Source: Macrostomum lignano (Eukaryota). Taken from it: a stretch of DNA of 64,000 nucleotides. This document shows, piece after piece, positions 33,601 to 47,345 of the stretch (its first letter is position 1; each line of letters begins with the position of its first letter). Where the stretch lies: assembly GCA_002269645.1 (NCBI GenBank), contig NIVC01002156.1, forward strand, positions 1 to 64,000, in the 5' to 3' direction. The translations under genes were made by a program, and so were the position numbers. The notes beneath the pieces were generated by a model that was not told where the DNA came from, searched no databases, and worked only from the letters and a program-made list of their open reading frames with translations.

Positions 33601-33634
33601 AGCGATTTTCATGAGTGCTTCAGATTATCTGATC

Positions 33635-34132
33635 GATTCCCACTTGAGTCACTGCACATCTGATCGATTCCCACTTGAGTCACTGCACATCTGATCGGTT
33701 CCCACTTGAGTCACTGCACATCTGATCGATTCCCACTTGAGTCACTGCACATCCGATCGATTCCCACTTGAGTCACTGCACATCCGATCGATTCCTACTT
33801 GAGTCACTGCACATCTGATCGATTCCCACTTGAGTCACTGCACATCCGATCGATTCCCACTTGAGTCACTGCACATCCGATCGATTCCCACTTGAGTCAC
33901 TGCACATCCGATCGATTCCTACTTGAGTCACTGCACATCTGATCGATTCCCACTTGAGTCACTGCACATCCGATCGATTCCCACTTGAGTCACTGCACAT
34001 CCGATCGATTCCCACTTGAGTCACTGCACATCCGATCGATTCCCACTTGAGTCACTGCACATCCGATCGATTCCCACTTGAGTCACTGCACATCCGATCG
34101 ATTCCCACTTGAGTCACTGCACATCTGATCGT
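33635..34132. repeat. 31-bp minisatellite
   Basis: Unit tcgattcccacttgagtcactgcacatccga. Confidence 0.97.
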
Positions 34133-35139
34133 TTAAGCCTACAGTTCATAAAGTGATAGATATTCGACCTATGTTAAAGTTTTGGTTAAAATTTTCAATC
34201 TATGCATTCAGTTTGGCTAGTTGACATTGACACAGTTATTGTACCAATGACTAGCAGATAAACGAATCTATTTTTAGCTAGAACGCTAAAAGTACATCGT
34301 AACTCTGAAACTGTCTAGTGCTGCAATTTATATTCCTGGCTTTACTTCCTTGGCCATCAGTCTATAACACGAGCTAGGTTTAATACTCTGTTTTATCCAA
34401 ATTATAAACAAAGCATGAATTTAAAACTTTACGAACATTTGGCTATTAACATGATGCAGAATCAAATAAGCTTGCTAGGCTTCTGCAATTTTAATTTTGC
34501 GTGCTAAATACTCCTAATTGCTGTCTGCAGTGGCGCCCTGGTAATTGGTGGCATTTTATGAGCTCCAGTTAAGTTTGCTGACTAACCAATCGGCTAGTTT
34601 TTAGCCTGACAAAACCAGACGGTTCAATGCTTATTTTTAAATTATTTATTTTATGCATCCAATAAACTTTGATTGAGCAGCTGTGGCTATAATTAAATTT
34701 CTCAGTCCGTTTTACCAGGTCTAACTGGACCAGTTAGCGTCTAGCATACCCGAGTACTTCAACGTTAATTTCATTTCTCAACAAGCTCATTGAACTGCTT
34801 TGGCCCTCTGTCGATTAAATTAGTTTTCGGGAGATGGGGGCAGAGGTTTTAAGGCGCTAGCGAAAAGTACCATCCATCCATCTCCATCTCACTGAGCCTG
34901 GCTTTTCTCTCACCCATTTTGTCTTGTACATTTAATTGTGTTTTTTTTCATAGGTTGTCTCAACCCCATCTTTTGTTGCTTTGCAGTAGGTAATTATACG
35001 AGCTATGATGGTCCGTAACTCGGCAAAGTAAGTCAGTCAGTCAGCACAAATGTAAGTTTCTAATTAGTAATATTTTTATTTTAGTACAGATAGTAACATT
35101 TGTCTACTGCTTTTGTACTTGTTTGTTCATCTGTCTCAT

Positions 35140-36157
<1,018 letters not shown>

Positions 36158-36957
36158 TTTTAAATAACGACACAGTCAGACTATAGAGACCCAACAAAAT
36201 ACTTTCGAAATCCGTAGGCTAGCAGCAAAAGTGCATTCCGTGGTGGCGCCTGTAAAGCACAGAAGACCCGGCTGCAGTTGGCGGCAATTTTGTTTCCCCC
36301 AGGGGAATTTCTGGAGGCTATTTCAAACCTCGGAGGCGGTTGGCCAGTTTTGTTTATTTTATTCCTGATCTCCCATACAGGCGGCTAATGGTTCCAAAAA
36401 TACCCTCGGCTGCTGCTGCAATGGGCCCGTCATCTTGTACGCTTGAGACTGGGGATTATTCAAAGGAGGGGGGGGGAGAAATGTGTTATTTTTTTTCGAG
36501 AGCATCGGCATCATTGGGCGTGTTGCTGAATTTTATTAAATTTGCCTTTTTGTTTATTTGCATTGTAAAAGCAAATTTGTTTTGTTTTGTCTGTGAGTTC
36601 CCTCCCCCTGCTCTCCCTTTCTACAGTCAAATGAAGACCTTTTTGATAAATCCGCGAATGCCTATTCTGAGACTGACGTTTCAAATTTCAATCAAATTTA
36701 AATTAAGCGCTACATTGTTCTATTCCAACTATTTCTCATTGTGAGCATCGAGGAGTTGCAGGATCTATTAACGAGTATGGTTGGAAATTAGTTTTTTTCA
36801 AATGCCTTTCGCATATAGCTCAATATATAATAGGAGTCGTATAAGCGAGTCCACCAAGGTTACAGCTAAGCCTACTTGAAACAGCGTCTCAATAATAAGG
36901 CCAATAATGATTTTTGAACCGCGAATTAAGGGCAGATCGGTGTTAAATCAGACCTCT

Positions 36958-37001
36958 GGTTTGATTCCGGGCGCGGCCCAGATTCATTTGGGGCTTGTGT
37001 G
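36958..37001 (+). mobile_element. Short SINE head fragment
   Basis: ggtttgattccgggcgcggcccagattcatttggggcttgtgtg is the reverse complement of a close variant of 11523-11567. Confidence 0.4.
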
Positions 37002-37442
37002 CTGTGTGCAATTCACTACAAAGGCACAGAGAGAGTACGATTAGAAAGTCAGGGCCCCTGTCAGAGTTGCCTCAGAATTGCCTGCTCAATTCAAAACATC
37101 TGCTCTTGTCAGAATTGCCTCAGCGCTGGTTGTTGGACAGATGGGCAGATATTACAGTGTTTTACGAGCGTTTAGTTTTCTAAGAGTATTTTTAACTTCG
37201 ACTAGACAAGGACATCTGTCAGTTATATCATGTTCGTCGTTATTACATGTAACTTCCCATGTTTGCTAGTATATATAGACAGTTAAAACCAATAGGTGCT
37301 AGAATCTAGAATAATCTAGTGTCAGGTTTGCTGTTTAAGAAGCCCCCCAGAACCTTTTAATCTGAAAAAAACTTTTAAAAAGTGTATAAAAATTAGTTTC
37401 AACTCTTTAAAGAAAAAAATCGTTTTTGGCTTTTGTGTGTAA

Positions 37443-38548
37443 ACTGAAGCGCCACTGAAGCGACACAAGTAATGTGTTACTGAAGCGCCACAAATAAAGT
37501 GTCACTGAAGCGCCACAAATAAAGTGTCACTGAAGCGCCACAAATAAAGTGTCACTGAAGCGCCATCAATAATATGTCACTGAAGCGCTACAAATAAAGT
37601 GTCACTGAAGCGCCACAAATGAGTGTCACTGAAGCGCCACAAATAAAGTGTCATTGAAGCGCCACAAAAAGTGTCACTGAAGCGCCACAAAAAGTGTCAT
37701 TGAAGCGCCACAAAAAGTGTCACTGAAGCGCCACAAATAAAGTGTCATTGAAGCGCCACAAATAAAGTGTCATTGAAGCGCCACAAATAAAGTGTCACTG
37801 AAGCGCCACAAATAAAGTGTCATTGAAGCGCCACAAATAAAGTGTCATTGAAGCGCCACAAATGAGTGTCACTGAAGCGCCACAAATAAAGTGTCACTGA
37901 AGCGCCATCAATAATATGTCACTGAAGCGCTACAAATAAAGTGTCACTGAAGCGCCACAAATGAGTGTCACTGAAGCGCCACAAATAAAGTGTCATTGAA
38001 GCGCCACAAAAAGTGTCACTGAAGCGCCACAAAAAGTGTCACTGAAGCGCCACAAAAAGTGTCATTGAAGCGCCACAAAAAGTGTCACTGAAGCGCCACA
38101 AATAAAGTGTCATTGAAGCGCCACAAATAAAGTGTCATTGAAGCGCCACAAAAAGTGTCATCGAAGCGCCACAAATAAAGTGTCACTGAAGCGCCACAAA
38201 TAAAGTGTCATTGAAGCGCCACAAATAAAGTGTCATTGAAGCGCCACAAATGAGTGTCACTGAAGCGCCACAAATAAAGTGTCACTGAAGCGCCACAAAT
38301 AAAGTGTCACTGAAGCGCCACAAATAAAGTGTCACTGAAGCGCCACAAATAAAGTGTCACTGAAGCGCCACAAATAAAGTGTCACTGAAGCGCCATCAAT
38401 AATATGTCACTGAAGCGCCACAAATGAGTGTCACTGAAGCGCCACAAATAAAGTGTCACTGAAGCGCCACAAATAAAGTGTCACTGAAGCGCCACAAATA
38501 AAGTGTCACTGAAGCGCCATCAATAATATGTCACTGAAGCGCTACAAA
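37443..38548. repeat. 25-bp minisatellite
   Basis: Unit cactgaagcgccacaaataaagtgt. Confidence 0.97.
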
Positions 38549-39292
38549 TGGGTAATATCGACTAGAAAATCTGTCCAAGGTAAACAGAAAAATATTTATA
38601 ATCAGCGTGGAAATCAAATATCAAAATCAAACTGCCTGTCATTGAGGATGATTTTGTCAGTCTGAATGTGCATTTCAATAACGCCTCTTTATTCTATAGG
38701 CATTCGATCATTTTTCATAATGGAATTGCAGACAGCTTGCGACTGTTGCACAATTGTGGCCGTTGTGGCAGCTGGCTTTGTTCAAGATAAACACGACTCT
38801 GTCTCCAAGCGCATAGGAGATCTGTGCTGAAGCCTGTATACAGGCTTGAATTTACAGAGATAAAGATAGGGAGAAGAAGCTCAGGCAAATGAAGCACAAA
38901 GAAAGATGGCTGCAAGCTCTTCAAGCGATTTTTTTGCTTCAAATGAGAAGCTGAAGAGGGCGAGACCAGCTAACGAAAAAAGAGGCTGCGCACTCTTTTA
39001 CCTCTCTCCATCTGTGTTTTTGCCCTACTTCTGTGCGTGTCGTCAAAGGATTGCCCGTCTCATGTGTGCTCAATCTTTCCGTTTATGGGTTGAGTTGCTA
39101 ATTCTCCAGACTTGTACATGTAGCAGTGTGCAGCATTGAGACTATCGAAATTACGGCAATAATCTCTTGCTTTGGCGGGCCTATTTAGTAATTTCGTCTT
39201 TTGGTGACATGCTTACTAAGTTAATTGGCATCAATTTGACAGAATAAGAGAGAGAACTGTACTCATGTGAGAACAGCAGAAAAGAGGCTAGC

Positions 39293-40053
39293 TGAGCACA
39301 GACCCGAGTCTGGGATTTAGGGAGTGTGAGAACAGGAGAACAAGAGACTGAGCACAGACCAGAGTCTGGGATTTAGGGAGTGTGAGAACAGGAGAACAAG
39401 AGACTGAGCACAGACCAGAGTCTGGGATTTAGGGAGTGTGAGAACAGGAGAACAAGAGACTGAGCACAGACCAGAGTCTGGGATTTAGGGAGTGTGAGAA
39501 CAGGAGAACAAGAGACTGAGCACAGACCAGAGTCTGGGATTTAGGGAGTGTGAGAACAGGAGAACAAGAGACTGAGCACAGACCAGAGTCTGGGATTTAG
39601 GGAGTGTGAGAACAGGAGAACAAGAGACTGAGCACAGACCAGAGTCTGGGATTTAGGGAGTGTGAGAACAGGAGAACAAGAGACTGAGCACAGACCAGAG
39701 TCTGGGATTTAGGGAGTGTGAGAACAGGAGAACAAGAGACTGAGCACAGACCAGAGTCTGGGATTTAGGGAGTGTGAGAACAGGAGAACAAGAGACTGAG
39801 CACAGACCAGAGTCTGGGATTTAGGGAGTGTGAGAACAGGAGAACAAGAGACTGAGCACAGACCAGAGTCTGGGATTTAGGGAGTGTGAGAACAGGAGAA
39901 CAAGAGACTGAGCACAGACCAGAGTCTGGGATTTAGGGAGTGTGAGAACAGGAGAACAAGAGACTGAGCACAGACCAGAGTCTGGGATTTAGGGAGTGTG
40001 AGAACAGGAGAACAAGAGACTGAGCACAGACCAGAGTCTGGGATTTAGGGAGT
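39293..40053. repeat. 56-bp near-perfect minisatellite, ~13.5 copies
   Basis: Unit gagcacagaccagagtctgggatttagggagtgtgagaacaggagaacaagagact. Confidence 0.98.
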
Positions 40054-40430
40054 GCGAGAGCAAGCTAGAAATAAGAGAGAGAGAGTCGGACAAAAAGAGA
40101 GAAGGAGGCGTATAACGGGTTATTAGAAATGATGCGGGTTAATATGCAGCTGTGGATGGGTTATGGCTGCAGCTGCTACTCTGGACGGGAAGATGAGGCT
40201 CGGGGCGTTGCCGGGGTCGGGGCGGAAAATTGCTATCCATCTCCACTCTTCCTCCCCACCTCCGCCGCAATTCCTACCTGTCCGCGCCTGCCCTCATTTT
40301 CTGTCCTTTTCACTTCACCCTGTCATTCATCTAATGGCTCCCTCGCGGCAGCCCTCGTTGTAACGCTGCCTTTTCGCTTTAATCTGACCACACAACAGGT
40401 GGTCGCGCTTTCTGTCTGCTAGGCATGTAG

Positions 40431-40432
<2 letters not shown>

Positions 40433-40518
<86 letters not shown>
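40433..40518. repeat. (CT)n microsatellite
   Basis: Direct reading. Confidence 0.98.
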
Positions 40519-40519
<1 letters not shown>

Positions 40520-40590
40520 TTCTATTCTGTTCCTTCCGTTCTAGTTGAGCAATAGTTTTAGCCTGAGGTTTGCTATAGTCTCAGACTTTA

Positions 40591-40902
40591 ATTCATTAGA
40601 AGCAGAGGGTTGTGTGCACCCTGGCGCACTTTAAGCGAAATTGTCACCACAACCGGCATTACTGCCCATTCCGCCGACTCCCCTGAGCAGGCACACAAGC
40701 GCGCGGATACGTACGCAGTCATACACACAGGCACACACTTTATTAATCGTTAGGCATGTACACTTCACTGCGCCTTGGAGCCAAGCCAAGCCTAGATTTC
40801 AATTTTGCCCCAGATTAATATCACTGCACCTGGAATCGAACCTGTGCCGCTGGTACATCAGAGCGCCGCACCAGATCACTATAGGCTACAGCACCCTAGT
40901 CG
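40591..40902 (-). mobile_element. Full-length tRNA-derived SINE with 14-bp target-site duplication
   Basis: TSD agtctcagacttta at 40577-40590 and 40903-40916; minus-strand A-box-like tatagtgatctggt and B-box ggttcgattcc; homologous copy at 56896-57223. Confidence 0.85.
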
Positions 40903-41267
40903 AGTCTCAGACTTTATCCTGCAACCTAGAGGTTTCCGACTTTCATTTCGTGAAAATTCAGTCTAAATGATTCGAATCGTAAATAATACTGTGGTAGCAA
41001 CAGCGAGGAAGCTGGCGCAGCACTGGAAGTTTATTTGTTCAAGTGCAGATAGAGATTATTCCAGCGAGTTTCTTTAGCCTTTAGCCTTATACTCTGGGCT
41101 TCTCTGGTATCTCAAGCATGCTCGTTACAATTATTAGATTTTCTGTGCTCGCTTGCTTGCTAACTCGCATTATTTCACCTCGTTGAATTTTGCACTTGAC
41201 ACTGACTATGCTACGAGTACTCGTATGTACGATACTCATTTTACTTATACAAGCTACTTTAACCTTG

Positions 41268-41570
41268 TAGCCTCTCCTAGTGGTTAGAGCATCAGACTGA
41301 CGACTGAAAGGTCGGGGGTTCGATTCTCGGCCCACTCGGCACAAATGGTATCCCTTGAGCAGGGCAACTAACTCTGCATTAATTCAGTTCACCCAGCTGT
41401 AAAATGGATGCCAGCATTAGCTGCATGGGGTAATGAGGGTCTGTGTGGCGACCCCCCAGTCCTTGGACTGAACAGCCGTACGCAGCCTTCAGATGCGCCG
41501 CGCAATAGCTGCGGCCGAGCTGTCGGTTGCACAACTGCCCATTCGGACGGGTTTAATCAATATTATTTAT
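41268..41570 (+). mobile_element. tRNA-derived SINE, second family, with Deu/Nin-like core
   Basis: A-box tagtggttagagc and B-box ggttcgattc, then cccttgagcagggcaactaac and cacccagctgtaaaatggat, resembling the conserved central domain of DeuSINE/Nin-type SINEs (from memory). Confidence 0.75.
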
Positions 41571-42324
41571 AAACTTTGCAAGCTGTGTCTAATCTTATCA
41601 GTGCATTTGCACTTGTCTCAAAAGTAAAAAGCTTAGCCATTTCAATTGACTCAGTTTCTCGGCACTTTAACTCACAGGTTCTCTAAACCTCGCTACATAC
41701 CGAAAGAAGCCATGTGTGTACAAGTTTTATCTGCATGTCTATGATAAAACCATATTGGATTCGAGCCCTGGTATACAGGGAGCTATAACCCTTTGAATAT
41801 AGGCGGAAGTCTCTTTAAAAGGGAGACAAACATCTTTCTCGACTCTAGCGTAATCCGATACAGGTTTTGTTTGTGGTCTGCATTTGTCTGTGTGCAAAGC
41901 TGATGTATATATATATGCATAATACAGATATATATATTGAGATCTTCGATATAAACTAGCAAAGAGTTTACAATTGCAATATTGCTTTCCTCTTGAAAGC
42001 CCATGCTAGAAAAAGGAGGAGGGAGAGAGACGGCGGGGTGGGTTGGGACTTGGGAGAAAGGAATTAAGCGAAGGCCTGTTTCGTGTCTGCGCATATTAAA
42101 TGCAATCAAAATGCATACTAACGAACCGCATCCCACGGTCAATCGAATGTTCCCATGTATCTATAGAGCTTCATCCATTCTACATAAGGTAGATTACCAC
42201 CTGTGGTTGTGAGCTGGCCAAGTGTCTGAGATTTTGAGTCATTAAAAGCAGTGGCTAAAAAAACTTTCCTTCAATGTGACTAGAGTTTTGTAGATTACAC
42301 TATACTGTCAATGGGAATCTACCA

Positions 42325-43463
42325 TGACAATGTGAATCTCTAGCTTTGTAGAGTACACTGTATGCTGTCTTTGACAATGTAAATCTCTAGCTTTGTAGAG
42401 TACACTGTACTGTCTTTGACAATGTGAATCTCTAGCTTTGTAGAGTACACTGTACTGTCTTTGACAATGTGAATCTCTAGCTTTGTAGAGTACACTGTAC
42501 TGTCTTTGACAATGTGAATCTCTAGCTTTGTAGAGTACACTGTACTGTCTTTGACAATGTGAATCTCTAGCTTTGTAGAGTACACTGTACTGTCTTTGAC
42601 AATGTGAATCTCTAGCTTTGTAGAGTACACTGTACTGTCTTTGACAATGTGAATCTCTAGCTTTGTAGAGTACACTGTATGCTGTCTTTGACAATGTAAA
42701 TCTATAGCTTTGTAGAGTACACTGTACTGTCTTTGATAATGTAAATCTCTAGCTTTGTAGAGTACACTGTACCTTGTATTTGACAATGTGAACCTCTAGC
42801 TTTGTAGAGTACACTGTACTTTGTATTTGACAATGTGAATCTCTAGCTTTGTAGAGTACACTGTACTGCCTTTGACAATGTGAATCTCTAGCTTTGTAGA
42901 GTACACTGTACTGCCTTTTACAATGTGAATCTCTAGCTTTGTAGAGTACACTGTACTGTCTTTGACAATGTGAATCTCTAGCTTTGTAGAGTACACTGTA
43001 CTGTCTTTGACAATGTAAATCTCTAGCTTTGTAGAGTACACTGTACTGTCTTTGACAATGTGAATCTCTAGCTTTGTAGAGTACACTGTATGCTGTCTTT
43101 GACAATGTAAATCTCTAGCTTTGTAGAGTACACTGTACTGTCTTTGATAATGTAAATCTCTAGCTTTGTAGAGTACACTGTACCTTGTATTTGACAATGT
43201 GAACCTCTAGCTTTGTAGAGTACACTGTACTTTGTATTTGACAATGGGAATCTCTAGCTTTGTAGAGTACACTGTACTGCCTTTGACAATGTGAATCTCT
43301 AGCTTTGTAGAGTACACTGTACTGCCTTTTACAATGTGAATCTCTAGCTTTGTAGAGTACACTGTCCTGCCTTTGGCAATGTGAATCTCTAGCTTTGTAG
43401 AGTACACTGTACTACTGCCTTTGACAATGTGAATCTCTAGCTTTGTAGAGTACACTGTACTGC
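42325..43463. repeat. 45-bp minisatellite with ~411-bp higher-order duplication
   Basis: Unit gacaatgtgaatctctagctttgtagagtacactgtactgtcttt. Confidence 0.97.
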
Positions 43464-44385
43464 TTTTTATAATTTTGATCTTAAGAAACAGGAAATAATT
43501 AGCAATATTAATTATTAAAAGCACGATTATATTTTGTCAATCAACGACCATAAATCGTTTGATTTCTTGATCATAGTTTTTCAAACAGATTTGTCTGTTT
43601 TTCTACCTTTTCTAATCTGTTTGATAGAAAACATGCTTAGTATAAATTCGACACTGGAAAAGCTGATGGATCTGACCTGTCAGTCAGCCGGCCATGTCTT
43701 TGGGGTTAATCGCAGCCGACTACGACGGTTGTGTACCTCTCTTAATCCCCTCTTTTCTCCTAGGCATCTTCTCTCCCCCAGACCGGGCTGTATGCGTCCA
43801 GGTAGAACGGGGACGACTGTGTAGGGAGGGAAAGATTGGCTGGCCTCGTGGGTGCAGCATCAGGACAGGGGTTTCCTGCCAATGGTTGTTCCCTATGAGT
43901 TTTAACCCCTCCCCTCCTCGGCCGTTTCCTCCTCCTCAGAGGGGATAGGCTCGCTTTGGTCTTCTTTTAGAAGGCGACGGACGAATATAGAGCAACCCCA
44001 TACACACACACGGACACTCACACACAGATAGCAGACACACACCGCTGTCCCTCTACGCAGAGCGGCGTGTCTTTTGCGCCCCCCTCTCTCCTATTTTTTT
44101 CTTTCTTTTACTCGATCCTCTCTATCTATCTGTCTCGCGCTATCCCCTGCTCCCATCCCATTCCGGGTCTTAACACGCATCCCTTAACTCAAATACTCGC
44201 TTTCGCCTCCTCGCCCAGCAGTCTGTTCCGCCAACCTTGACAAGCCGATTCGACTAAGTCGCAGGCTGTGTAGACAGACAAAAATAAATTGAAATATAGA
44301 AATAGAATCATAGTTTTTTATTATTTGTGTGTTTTTATTATTATTGAAAGTTGACGCCTTGGCTCAGCCTCCAGACAGCAATAAT

Positions 44386-44440
44386 ATGTCCTCTTCATCT
44401 CCTTCGTCAACTTCTCCGCAGCCGCAGGCGCCTTCTTTAA

Positions 44441-44476
<36 letters not shown>

Positions 44477-44597
44477 CAGCAAGGATTGTCGTTGAAGATC
44501 TAAGCGACTATTCTCAGAGTGCCTCGACTGTTTGCGCCAATGCTGCCGCGTCTGTCACCAACAGCTTGCAGTCGGTTCCGCCTCGATCGCCAAATAG
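44386..44597 (+). CDS. Candidate alternative first coding exon of the DGK gene (MSSSSPSS...poly-Q...PPRSPN-R)
   Basis: Ser/Pro/Gln-rich coding-like sequence matching the style of the other exons; ends AAT AG|gtaagc in phase 2, compatible with the phase-2 acceptor at 58553. Linkage to DGK is inference. Confidence 0.5.
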
Positions 44598-44821
44598 GTA
44601 AGCAATTAACAGCATTCTCTATCTGATTATTTTTGCCGAAATTTGAACTTTTACAAGGTGCGTGTGCGCGCAAACTTTCTCTTAAAAAATCTTTTAGAAG
44701 AATTTTTTACAATTTATTTCCCTAGAGTTTACTATACCCACTTTATACCCGACGTCAAAATTCCTAAGCTTAACAATCAGTCAAATTTTTCGCAATTACC
44801 AAGCTCAAAAATCACTAGCAG

Positions 44822-46705
44822 CTGGGGATTGTGAAGTTTTGAAATTGTGAATGTTGGGGGTTGTGAAGGTTGTGGATTGTGAATGTTGGGATTGTGAATG
44901 TGGGGATTGTGAAGGTTGGGAATTGCGAACGTTGAGGATTGTGAACGTTGGGGATTGTGAAGGTTGGGAATTGTCAAGGTTGGGGATTGTGAAGGTTAGG
45001 GATTGTGAACGTTGGGGATTGTGAAGGTTGGGGATTGTGAAGGTTGGGGATTGTCAAGGTTGGGGATTGTGAAGGTTGGGAATTGTGAAGGTTGGGGATT
45101 GTGAAGGTTGGGGATTGTCAAGGTTGGGGATTGTGAAGGTTTGGAATCGAGAAGGTTGGGGATTGCGAACGTTGGGGATTGTGAAGGTTTGGGATTGTGA
45201 AGGTTGGGGGTTGTGAAGGTTAGGGATTGTGAATGTTGGGATTGTAAATGTTGGGATTGTGAATGTTGGGATTGTGAATGTCGGGATTGTGAAGGTTGGG
45301 AATTGTCAAGGTTGGGGATTGTGAAGGTTAGGGATTGTGAAGGTTGGGGATTGTCAAGGTTGGGGATTGTGAAGGTTGAGAATCGAGAAGGTTGGGGATT
45401 GCGAACGTTGGGGATTGTGAAGGTTTGGGATTGTGAAGGTTGGGGGTTGTGAATGTTGGGATTGTGAATGTCGGGATTGTGAAGGTTGGGAATTGCGAAC
45501 GTTGAGGATTGTGAACGTTGGGGATTGTGAAGGTTGGGAATTGTCAAGGTTGGGGATTGTGAAGGTTAGGGATTGTGAAGGTTGGGGATTGTCAAGGTTG
45601 GGGATTGTGAATGTTGGGATTGTGAATGTGGGGATTGTGAAGGTTGGGAATTGCGAACGTTGAGGATTGTGAACGTTGGGGATTGTGAAGGTTGGGAATT
45701 GTCAATGTTGGGGATTGTGAAGGTTAGGGATTGTGAAGGTTAGGGATTGTGAAGGTTGGGGATTGTGAAGGTTGGGAATCGAGAAGGTTGGGGATTGCGA
45801 ACGTTGAGGATTGTGAAGGTTTGGGATTGTGAAGGTTGGGGGTTGTGAAGGTTAGGGATTGTGAATGTTGGGATTGTAAATGTTGGGATTGTGAATGTTG
45901 GGATTGTGAATGTCGGGATTGTGAAGGTTGGGAATTGCGAACGTTGAGGATTGTGAACGTTGGGGATTGTGAAGGTTAGGGATTGTGAAGATTGGGGATT
46001 GTCAAGGTTGGGGATTGCGAAGGTTGGGGATGGTGACTGCTGGGGATTGTGAAGGTTTGAAATTGTGAAGGTTGGGGGTTGTGAAGGTTGGGGATTGTGA
46101 AAGTTAGGGATTGTGAATGTTGGGATTGTGAATGTCGGGATTGTGAAGGTTGGGAATTGCGAACGTTGAGGATTGTGAACGTTGGGGATTGTGAAGGTTG
46201 GGAATTGTCAAGGTTGGGGATTGTGAAGGTTAGGGATTGTGAAGGTTGGGGATTGTGAAGGTTAGGGATTGTGAAGGTTGGGGATTGTCAAGGTTGGGGA
46301 TTGTGAAGGTTGAGAATCGAGAAGGTTGGGGATTGCGAACGTTGGGGATTGTGAAGGTTTGGGATTGTGAAGGTTGGGGGTTGTGAAGGTTAGGGATTGT
46401 GAATGTTGGGATTGTAAATGTTGGGATTGTGAATGTTGGGATTGTGAATGTCGGGATTGTGAAGGTTGGGAATTGCGAACGTTGAGGATTGTGAACGTTG
46501 GGGATTGTGAAGGTTGGGAATTGTGAAGGTTGGGGATTGTGAAGTTTGAGGATTGTGAAGGTTGAGGATTGTGAAAGTTGGGGATTGTGAAGGTTGGAGA
46601 TTGTGAAGGTTGGGGATTGTGAAGGTTGAGGATTGTGAAGGTTGGGGATTGTGAAGGTTGGGGATTGTGAATGTTGGGGATTGTGAAGGTTGGGGATTGT
46701 GAAGT
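44822..46705. repeat. G/T-rich ~17-bp compound minisatellite with higher-order blocks
   Basis: Units ggggattgtgaaggtt(g/a) and variants. Confidence 0.97.
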
Positions 46706-47345
46706 TTGCAATTGCTTTGAAAGCGCCCCGTTGATTTCTTGCCCGAAGCTCCGAAGCAGGAAAGAGTTCGCAAATCATAATGGGGAAGAGAATTGCCTCT
46801 TTTTTTCTGAACTTTTGCTTTCTTTCTACAGTTGTTTCTTTCACCCTTGAAATCCGACGTCTTGGCGAGATAGTGAGTGATGTACAGTGCCCTTGTGTGT
46901 GTCTATGCACTTTAGTACCATTTTTCAAACTGTCGTCGGTAGTGTTAAAAATAAATTTTCGATATATGATAGTATGCATTATACACCATGTTAACTATAC
47001 TATCGTTGGATGAATTTTTTATCATCCCTCCAGGATTAATTTGCATCTGATTCATGGATTTCTCTTTCTATTTGCGATTTCTTATTCAACTTGTAAATTG
47101 AATTTAATTATAAATCAGACTGACTGACTGACATGCTGGGTGGGTGCGAGTTTAATTTGATTGTGTCATCAGCTTATACTCTGAATGTTCACCTCATGGG
47201 CTTGTAAGCTTCACTCATTGATTTCAGAGAGTTTCATTTTAATGATAGAAATATTATGTTATCAATATTGCTGCTTAATATTGTCTTTAGCTAAAGAAGC
47301 TAGGAATATCGCATGTGTGCCTTAAGCTAGACTACAGGTGAGTGA

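Noticed and set aside
38700-39140. Coding-looking purine-rich stretch between two arrays
   Set aside because: All frames close within about 35-80 codons, with no recognisable motif or matched splice pair
41268-41340. tRNA gene (possible GAC anticodon)
   Set aside because: The anticodon and acceptor stems do not pair properly and the sequence runs on into a SINE body, so it is treated as a SINE head
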